From: Schizochytrium sp. TIO01 | Taxonomy: Eukaryota; Protista; Bigyra: Labyrinthulomycetes | Assembly (NCBI GenBank): GCA_004764695.1 | Contig: SMSO01000034.1 | Coordinates: forward strand, 1,612,001 to 1,676,000 | Direction: 5' to 3' | DNA: 64,000 nt | Part shown: one piece after another, positions 56,062-64,000 of the stretch | How the letters are laid out: every line of letters starts with the position of its first letter | Numbering within the stretch: position 1 is the stretch's first letter | Program-made: the position numbers and the translations under genes | Notes under the pieces: generated by a model | Database searches by the model: none | What the model was told of the DNA's origin: nothing | Seen by the model: only the letters and a program-made list of their open reading frames with translations

Positions 56062-57288
56062 TCAAAGGTTGGCTCCTTTAAGACTGTTGCCGATCATATC
56101 GTGCGGCACAAGCGATGACTTGTCAGAAACTTGCTCATAGAAGGGATAATCGGTGTAGCCATCAGGAGATTCGTACTTGTAAAACGTAGCACGGACATAC
56201 TTGTTAAGAGGGAGGCCCTCCCGGATTCGCTTTACAAGATCCGGGTTGGCAATGAACCAGCGACCAAAGCCAATTGCATCGTACTGGTCTTTCTCAATCG
56301 CCTCAGGAGCAGTCTTTGGTGTGAAGCCACCAGCGCCGATGATCTTGCCTCGGTATAGCTTGCGAAAGTGAGGCGGGTTGTACAGACCCATTGAAAAGCC
56401 AGGGTCAGCAGAGAAGTCATTATCATGCTTAGCCCCGAACCAGCGCGGTTCTGTGAGTAAAAGGTAAGCAAGGTTAAACTGGTCGACCGTGCGAACAGCC
56501 TCGGTGTAGAGTTCGAGCGGGTTGGAATCGCTAGCGCCAAAGAATCGCATGGTACCTTCAAACTGAGGTGAGAGACGCACACCAATACGAGAGAATGGCA
56601 TTTCCTCACCAAGAGCTTGAAGAGCCTCCTTAAGCAAGCGGCAGCGATTCTCAATACTGCCGCCGTACTTGTCGGAACGCAAATTTGTGTTGTCATTGAG
56701 GAACTGATCAATGAGATATCCATGAGCAGCGTGGAGCTCAATGGCATCGAAGCCAGCCTTACGAGCATTGCGTGCAGCCAGTCTGTAGTCATTAAGCAAG
56801 CGTGGGATCTCGTCTTCACGGAGCGGGCGGGGCTTGGAGTAGGTATCTATTTCGCCAGAAAGTGTTCCAGTGGTCTTTCCAGGCGCTGTGACATCACTCG
56901 CAGAGACGGTGGGCAGGTGCTCAGGGTCCGCCATGGGGTGGTCTCGCATACTTGCGTGTGCCATACGTCCAGTGTGCCAAAGTTGCACGCTGATAAGGCC
57001 GCCCTTGGCATGAACAGCATCAACAATCTTTTTCCAGCCCTGGGTCTGTTCCTCAGTCCAAATTCCAGGCACACAGTTATCAGGAAGGCCTTCTAGCGAG
57101 ATGCAGGTTGCCTCTGTAATGAGCAGACCACCAGGGGTGGCTCTTTGTTCATAGTACTCCCTCATGAGGTCCGTGGGAACCAAGGTCTTGCGGTCCGCTC
57201 TAAACCTGGTGAGTGGCGCCAGGACCACACGGTGCTTGAGCTCAAGGTCGCCCAGCTTGAGAGGCTTGAACAGCGGAGAGGTTGTCAT
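56062..57288 (-). CDS. Old Yellow Enzyme / OPR-like NADH:flavin oxidoreductase (copy 1, C-terminal ANL)
   Basis: HRVVLAPLTR, YYEQRAT.GGLLITEA, QLWHTGR, ELHAAHGYLIDQFL, YGGSIENRCR, FGRWFIANPDL, GYTDYP. Confidence 0.95.
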   Translation of the reverse strand: MTTSPLFKPLKLGDLELKHRVVLAPLTRFRADRKTLVPTDLMREYYEQRATPGGLLITEATCISLEGLPDNCVPGIWTEEQTQGWKKIVDAVHAKGGLISVQLWHTGRMAHASMRDHPMADPEHLPTVSASDVTAPGKTTGTLSGEIDTYSKPRPLREDEIPRLLNDYRLAARNARKAGFDAIELHAAHGYLIDQFLNDNTNLRSDKYGGSIENRCRLLKEALQALGEEMPFSRIGVRLSPQFEGTMRFFGASDSNPLELYTEAVRTVDQFNLAYLLLTEPRWFGAKHDNDFSADPGFSMGLYNPPHFRKLYRGKIIGAGGFTPKTAPEAIEKDQYDAIGFGRWFIANPDLVKRIREGLPLNKYVRATFYKYESPDGYTDYPFYEQVSDKSSLVPHDMIGNSLKGANL

Positions 57289-58683
57289 CTTCTATAAGCT
57301 CGTCCTTGTCGCTCTCTGAAAGTCAATGCCAGGGTTGCGAGTTTCCTCCCCTTTCGGTTTTGATGTACAGTTGTACCTGTTGTTTGATTTTAAGTTTGCT
57401 CGAACAGAGAGATTCCTGAGAAACAAAACCATTTGGGGGTTGACTGAAAAGATAGCCCTCCTCCAATTGGGAAGTTTGGCCTTAAATTAATGACTCTGCT
57501 AGAATTTTATAATATATGGCCCTAAGGTGGGCTTAATATTACCGAAATCACTAGCCTCTTAGCTAGGGTGAGCCCTAAGGGGGTTATTGTTAGGGGTCCA
57601 GGTAATGATATTTTAACGTGTCATTTGAGAACTGGTTTTGATGATGGAATAAATTCCAACGCTGCTTGAACTTAGACTTTGTTGGTCCCCATATGAACAG
57701 CCTCCATACAAAGGGCACAGCCCTTTGGTGTCAGACGTGTGCAGATGGCTCATATATGCCTACTATCCACCGAATATTTTGGCTTTTGGCCTTTCCGGTT
57801 TACATGCCGTATGGAACATGAGCTGCTTCGTCTTCGAAGAAGGCTCCCTTCTGCTGCATTCCAAAATTCTATTTGCCATCTTCAGGTGTATGTGGACATG
57901 GTGTTCATACCTAGATGTCCAAAAGACGAGTGTATTTGAAGTGACTTTTCTTCATCGGGATTTGGTCTTTTGTGTATCCGTGTTGAAGTAAATCCATTGC
58001 TGTGCGTAGATTTAGAGACAGAGAATGCCGACAATCAAAAACCTCCGGGAAGAAATCCAAGCTAGACCACTACATTTACCTGGCTTCAGGACATCCGACA
58101 TTTATGCTCGCTTGCTCAGAGCATCAGTCAGTCAGCCAGTCAGTCAGTCAGATGGCCTAGGTTTACAGAATCCATGATTCTGCAGACGCCAAGAATCGCC
58201 CAAGATGTTCGAAGTTTCTTGCCCTGATTTATAGATCTAGAGTCCTGATGACGCCATGGAAACCACAACCACATCCTCTATCATAACCTGGGTAGATAGC
58301 AACATTGGAATACAGAGTGTTATCCCCTGATGCTGTAGATCTCGAAAACAAGCAAGCAAGCAAGCAAGCAAGCCAGCCTTACACAAACAGGCCTAATTAA
58401 GGACCTATTTCATGGCTCCCGCGGTACTTCCTTTCAGTGCATCACATAGCGGACTTCGAGTATCAGTCTCACATTTGAGACTAAATCTCCGACTTCACTG
58501 GTAGATTGAGCGTTTCTCTATTACGCCATAGATTCAACCAAAATGGCGGCACCAGAGCTTAGCCAGAGCTTGGTTGGCCACCTCCGTTCTGATGCTTTTG
58601 CCATCCTTGGCACCGAAGTGGTCCATTGTCGTTCATTTCGAGAACTTCGCCAAAGAAAGGAGCTCCGAACAATCGAAGATTGC

Positions 58684-58763
58684 AAAACAAAACAAAAAAC
58701 AAAAGAAAACAAAAAAAGAAAACAAAAAAAGAAAACAAAACAAAAAGAAAACAAAAAGAAAAC
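58684..58763. repeat. A-rich (AAAAC/AAAAG)n low-complexity tract
   Basis: Directly visible. Confidence 0.9.
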
Positions 58764-60288
58764 AATCTCTCTCTCTCTGTGGAAACCTCATAAGAACTGC
58801 TATCGCCATCCTAAGTAAGTGGACTCTTTCACGTAACCGCCCTCTTCACCGCCGTCCATGATCAGGCTCCAAATGAATCAAGATCAGAAAGGCCTAAGAA
58901 GCCGCAGCAGATCGTGAAACCCAGTGCCTTCGAACCAGTCTCAGCTCACGTCTATGCTCGGCAGAGGTGCAAAGATTGCCCGTGAGACACGCAGCGATAG
59001 GCGAACTCTGAGTCAGTCAGTCAGTCATATACTGAGCTTCGACGGCGGCGCTGCAACGCGCGAGGTTCGGTTACGAAACGCCACACGCGCTGGAGGCCTT
59101 TCCGTGTGGTTTTACCGAGGATGATGAGGATTTTGTTGGCGCTGTTGGGAACGAGGATATAACTTGAAGAAAGACAACGGCGGCGTCAATGGAGCGGAAG
59201 GGAAAGCGAAGAAGAAGAAGAAGAATATGACGATGATGATGACGACGAAGAAGAAGTGCTTCGAAAGAGACAAATGGCGTCCATAAGAAGTTGCGAATTA
59301 GAGACGATCATGGACGGGGATCCAAGAACTCGAGAACTCGAGAACTCGTGAATTTATTTGTCATGCACCACGGCACAACGAATGCGCACAACGAATGCAT
59401 GGCTGCCTTGCCTCCCTTGGGAGGGGAGGAATGTGCAAGAAGCGAATGCCGTCGATTTGGTATGGTTCCCCCGAAGGAAATCCGTATCTATCGGCCCAAA
59501 GCGAGTGAAGAAGGTCCTCGTCGGATTGTCCGCATCGAGTTCCGCTGTTTAGGTCAGATTTGACGGAGTTCTTCTGCGAAATAGGATTAATCAATATGTC
59601 ACAGTGAATGGAAAATGTAAGGGATGCGAAGCACATTCATGCATCAAAGCCTGGCTTGGAAGGAAGGGCTTGTGGTATGAGCGGTGCGAAGCCTAGTAAA
59701 GTCTTCTCGTCGGCCCTTGCGTAGACAAAGACCGGTCTTGGAGCCGGAGTGTCTGGTTCGCTTCTTTGCCCCGGACCACTCTCGCTTGGGCGTGCATTGC
59801 GTTTTTCTTGTCTTGGGTTATATGAGGTATGTACTTGGAAAAGGCTCAGAAGTAGTACAATAGGATATTGTTGGTACCGAATATGGCGGACGGGAACTTA
59901 GCGAAGGTTCTTGAGAGCCAATCAAAGGGCATCATGACGGGCTTGAAGATCGCCAGAAGGCCCGGCACGTAGTTTCAGACAGCATTCTCTACTATGCAAA
60001 GCATTTGCAGCTAGAGGTGTTGCTTTGCTTTGACTTCGGCTCCGCTTTCGGATTCTATGCTCGAGGTTTCCGACGTGGGCGCAATGAGCAAAAGGAACCG
60101 ACCAAGATACCACGCCGCTTTCTCAGCAAAACTGATTTGAGGAGCAAGGCAGCGACTGCAAACCCAAGACCAAGGACAGATTAATCAACGTTGTTGCAGA
60201 AACCTCTCCGCAAAACCCAAACCCAACGAGGTCAGAGACCAGTATTGACGTAGAAGGCTCCACAGGAACGTATAAAACCAAGTACAGC

Positions 60289-61509
60289 ATGGCACTCTTT
60301 AAAAGTCTTAAGCTCGGCGACCTTGAGCTATCCCACCGCATAGCGTTGGCTCCTTTGACCCGACTTAGGGCCAACAACGACACGCTCGCGCCGACGAAGC
60401 TCGCTCAGGAGTACTATGAGCAAAGAGCTACTCCAGGCGGCCTGCTCATTTCCGAAGCCACCTGTATCTCTCCCGAAGCCCTCATCGGCAACAATGTACC
60501 AGGAATCTGGTCCAAAGATCAAATCGAGGGCTGGAAGAAGGTCGTGGATGCCGTTCATGCCAAAAACGGCCTCATAAGCATGCAGCTTTGGCATACTGGC
60601 CGTGCTGCTCATGACAGCATGGGTCGTCATCCTATGGCTGATCCTGAGCGTATGCCGACGGTAGGTCCCAGCGACATCCCAGCGCCGGGCAAAACATTTG
60701 GAACTATTACAGGCGAGTCACTGGACTATTCTAAGCCACGTGCGCTAACAGAGGAGGATATTTCACGCATCGTGGATGACTACAGACGCGCGGCGAGAAA
60801 TGCTCGCGAAGCTGGAGTTGATGCCATCGAGATCCACGCTGCACATGGGTACCTCATTGACCAGTTCCTGAACGACAATCCAAACAACCGCATGGACAAG
60901 TATGGAGGCAGTATAGAGAACCGATGCAGGTTCTTGAAAGAAGTCCTTGCTGCTGTGGGCGAGGAGATGCCCTTTGCGCGTATTGGTGTACGCATTTCGC
61001 CTCAATTTGAAGGTACTAGGCGGTATTATGGATGTGAGGACTCTAATGCTTTGGAGCTATACTCGTATGTGATCCGACTCTTAGACTCCTACGACCTGGC
61101 ATACCTTCTTCTCACGGAACCACGTTGGACTCCGCTTGCCTATGATGATGACCACGCGAAAGATCCAGGCTATGCAATGGGCCTTCACAACCCTCAGCAC
61201 TTCCGCAAACTCTATCGCGGTCCCATCATTGGCGCTGGTGGATTTACACCCATCACTGGCAACGATGCCGTAAAGGACGGGCTTTATGATGCTATCGCAT
61301 TTGGACGCTGGTTCATCTCCAACCCAGACCTAGTTCGCCGTACTCGTGAAGGGCTTCCTCTCACACCTTATCATCGCGATTCTTTTTACAAGCTGGGATC
61401 CCCGGATGGATACATTGACTATCCCATGTACGACGATATCGAGGATAAGTCAAAGTTGGTCTCACACGATCGTATTGGCAAGAGCCTGAGTGAGCTGAAG
61501 ACCGAGTAG
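60289..61509 (+). CDS. Old Yellow Enzyme / OPR-like NADH:flavin oxidoreductase (copy 2)
   Basis: Same motifs as copy 1 (LAPLTR, EIHAAHGYLIDQFL, FGRWFISNPDL); collinear over its full length. Confidence 0.95.
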   Translation: MALFKSLKLGDLELSHRIALAPLTRLRANNDTLAPTKLAQEYYEQRATPGGLLISEATCISPEALIGNNVPGIWSKDQIEGWKKVVDAVHAKNGLISMQLWHTGRAAHDSMGRHPMADPERMPTVGPSDIPAPGKTFGTITGESLDYSKPRALTEEDISRIVDDYRRAARNAREAGVDAIEIHAAHGYLIDQFLNDNPNNRMDKYGGSIENRCRFLKEVLAAVGEEMPFARIGVRISPQFEGTRRYYGCEDSNALELYSYVIRLLDSYDLAYLLLTEPRWTPLAYDDDHAKDPGYAMGLHNPQHFRKLYRGPIIGAGGFTPITGNDAVKDGLYDAIAFGRWFISNPDLVRRTREGLPLTPYHRDSFYKLGSPDGYIDYPMYDDIEDKSKLVSHDRIGKSLSELKTE

Positions 61510-62970
61510 ATTTCATTTATAACACAAAGTATAAATAAAGTTTAGATTTGCATTCTTAGTTTCCGTTTCACAGCTGTAGGAACTATAGACCACAAGGTAC
61601 ACGATAGTTTGAATAAGAAACTGGGATTTAAAATGTTATACTTCATGACCAGTGCACGGAATTTAATTGGAAGCGAGTGTCTTGTCATCGAATTTCTACT
61701 TCTATCCTATGCACCATGTTTATACTTTCACAAATATTCCCTTGTATTTAGTTCGAACCCGCCAAGAATTATCAATGTGCTCACTCCCCAGTGAGTGTGC
61801 CTCCAAGGATTTTTACTCCTCGTACCTAAGACGGGCATCTGTACCAGTTGCAGGTCCTATTATCTCTGGGTCATAAGTAACTGTCTTGACGACCTTAAAG
61901 GCGCCAACATCACCCCTCTGGTTGTTTGTTCTTTAAGCGAATAAACCAGACTTCTGAGATACAGTAGCACGACATAGTGATTCATTACAACGACTTGGAA
62001 GATGCAGTTCACCAAGCCCAAAGCTATGCTTAGCTCCACTCCCAACAGAGGCTCTTGATCGGGTTATAGGTGGTAGTAGGTAGTCGTAAACGCTTCCCAG
62101 CTTCTCCAGAAAGGACCAGAAGCTGGGCTCTCTTTATCCATCCGGGAACAAAAGCTGGCGTCCAAGAGACACCACTACCTATGCATATTGTCCCCTATTA
62201 CCTACTGTTGAAACATGATTACTATTTAAGGCATCGACCGCCCATGACTGCAAGGATGACGCCCCTAAGTATAACTTTGAAGAGCATGCACGTTCTTCAA
62301 GTCTAGAAGTCTAACGTATGACGCGTTTGAACGATTCTGTAATTGTCTGCAGCACTCAAGTTGGCCTTATTGGTTTATAAATAATAATAGACTGCAATCC
62401 TTGTGGTTGGACCAAGAAAACTTCATCATTTCTACACGAAGCACGCAAACAATGTCTGCTGGCTGTATCATTCAGTTCATTGCTTTTGTTTATGGCCAGG
62501 CTATGACACTATGATAGGTAAATAACAATAAGGCATAATAATATATAAGTAAATTCCGATCTCTGCAGGAAGCGGGAATGGGAAGAATGCTATGACCACC
62601 ATTATGACCTTCAAGAACAATGAAATGAAATCACTTCGAAGTCCGTCATTTTATGAGCTGGCAAGAGCAGCAAACTACAATACTGCTTGCCTAGTGCAGT
62701 TGCTGACAGATCCAGCTTTGCTGATATACGTTCGATTGAAAGCTTGACCTTGAGCCTGCTCTTCATCGGCGCGTTGTCGAATCAAACTTGTGCACTTTTC
62801 GTGGAATCCAATTGCAAATCGCGGTGCAGTTTCACCTTCTTGAGACAGCAAATACCTGAAGCAAAGGTCTTCGCGACAATCGCGAAGTTTTCAAGCCCCA
62901 AGGGTGCGACTTGCCTTGTTTGGCGTTATCTAGGAGCGAGCAGAGAAAATAGAGTGGGCTTTTGTTGAAA

Positions 62971-64000
62971 ATGGCCGGGATCCGAGCCATGGAAGAGGTT
63001 TCTTCGACGCAGAACGGCGTTGAAGCGAGCGTCGTGAGAGCGAATACACGCGAAAACAACTATTTCTGGGGAAGTAAAAAAGTCCTAGTCGATGGGGACC
63101 TAGATGAAGGAGGGGCCTGTGAGGTGGAGTTCACGAACAGAGCTGAAGGTCCGCCCAATGCGGCGCACGGAGGCTCTAGTGCAGCGACACACTGCGCTTT
63201 GCTGTTGAAACCGTGCTCAGAGAAAGCTGGCGTCCCGGAGCAAAGCATTACAACATTGTACACCAAGCTTACTTACCTCAAGCTCACAGCATTGAGCCAA
63301 ACACACCACTTCAAAGTTCTTGAAGTTGACGCCAACCCCACAGAACACGATGATGTAATAGCCTCTGCGCGAGGCCAGATCGTAGATGTAGCGGGCGACG
63401 TTCTCACGGAATCAGAGGTGCGCTATACAAGCACCCTAAATGTGAAGCTTTTGCAGACGCTCAAAAGCAATGATGTTGAGCTCTCCAAAACACCCCTTTT
63501 TGCAACAGTGGTGGGAGGCACACTTGCCAAGATTCAACAAGCTGGGCTCGAGTTGCGTGGGCGGCCTCTTATTGATGAAAGTTTGCTGAAAAACATTGAT
63601 ATGAGCAAGGCAGTGCCTTCTTTGAATAATTTTGAGACCATGGGCCCAAATCCTAACGCCCCTGTAAGTAACATTGAAGGTTACGATTTTGCAGGAAACC
63701 ATAACAATATGTTTCTTTGGACTGCATACTCTGCAGAAAACCAGCACATCTATGCTGCGCTTGCAGTCTCAGGTGCTACGTCGCAGGGTAATAGCCTCAT
63801 TGATGATAAGCCATTTCTGAGCCAGGATGGCCTCTTTGTTGGTCTCGATCATATCATGGGCCAAGTTGTCTTCCTCAGTGGATCTCATTGCGTAACTGCC
63901 TTCCTTGAGGTAGATTACATTAACGCCGTAGAGATCGATCCGACGGCAAACAGCATCATCTACCTTCATTCTTGGGTTGAGCGCATGGAGAATCGCAAGG
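62971..64000 (+). CDS. Double hotdog-fold acyl-CoA thioesterase (THEM4/PaaI-like), 3'-truncated by the window edge
   Basis: Not in the ORF track because it has no stop. Translated by hand from ATG 62971 and open to 64000: MAGIRAMEE...EFTNRAEGPPNAAHGG...LYTKLTYLK...FLSQDGLFVGLDHIMGQ...CVTAFLEVDY...SWVERMENRK. Confidence 0.8.
   Translation, partial: MAGIRAMEEVSSTQNGVEASVVRANTRENNYFWGSKKVLVDGDLDEGGACEVEFTNRAEGPPNAAHGGSSAATHCALLLKPCSEKAGVPEQSITTLYTKLTYLKLTALSQTHHFKVLEVDANPTEHDDVIASARGQIVDVAGDVLTESEVRYTSTLNVKLLQTLKSNDVELSKTPLFATVVGGTLAKIQQAGLELRGRPLIDESLLKNIDMSKAVPSLNNFETMGPNPNAPVSNIEGYDFAGNHNNMFLWTAYSAENQHIYAALAVSGATSQGNSLIDDKPFLSQDGLFVGLDHIMGQVVFLSGSHCVTAFLEVDYINAVEIDPTANSIIYLHSWVERMENRK

Noticed and set aside
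59121-59351. Acidic peptide (SEEEEEEYDDDDDDEEE) between the OYE genes
   Set aside because: In-frame stop shortly after the ATG; explained by GAA/GAT trinucleotide repeats.
61700-62350. Further possible LRR relics (LYQLQVL, QKLGSLY, TLKSMHV); similar hints at ~17.5 kb, ~24.9 kb and ~44.3 kb
   Set aside because: Too few and too short to distinguish from chance without alignment statistics.

Overview
Eukaryotic, intron-poor, gene-dense nuclear DNA with microsatellite-rich intergenic spacers; a thraustochytrid/labyrinthulomycete-like stramenopile is my inference, not something the window proves. About 18 intact, apparently single-exon CDSs: a 5'-truncated coiled-coil protein, two paralogous mitochondrial PPR-like proteins flanking ataxin-10, a mitochondrial TPR-like protein, PET117, a TMEM185-like membrane RING-HC protein, coronin-7, a signal-anchored UDP-galactopyranose mutase fusion with a 5'-UTR intron, a membrane coiled-coil protein, three tandem SKP1 paralogs with a RING-CH ligase among them, a membrane-anchored JmjC hydroxylase, a large EF-hand protein, two divergently transcribed Old Yellow Enzymes, and a 3'-truncated double-hotdog thioesterase missing from the ORF track. 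Three things stand out. (1) A ~500-nt densely base-paired, non-coding element at 16.2-16.7 kb that I cannot assign to a known RNA family. (2) A RING finger whose last CxxC zinc-ligand pair lies upstream of the other six ligands, i.e. a permuted or scrambled RING. (3) A 33.9-49.1 kb SCF-component cluster in which three diverging SKP1 genes are interleaved with several apparently decayed F-box/LRR relics. No rRNA, tRNA, CRISPR array or intact mobile element was recognised. All protein and RNA-fold calls were made by eye.
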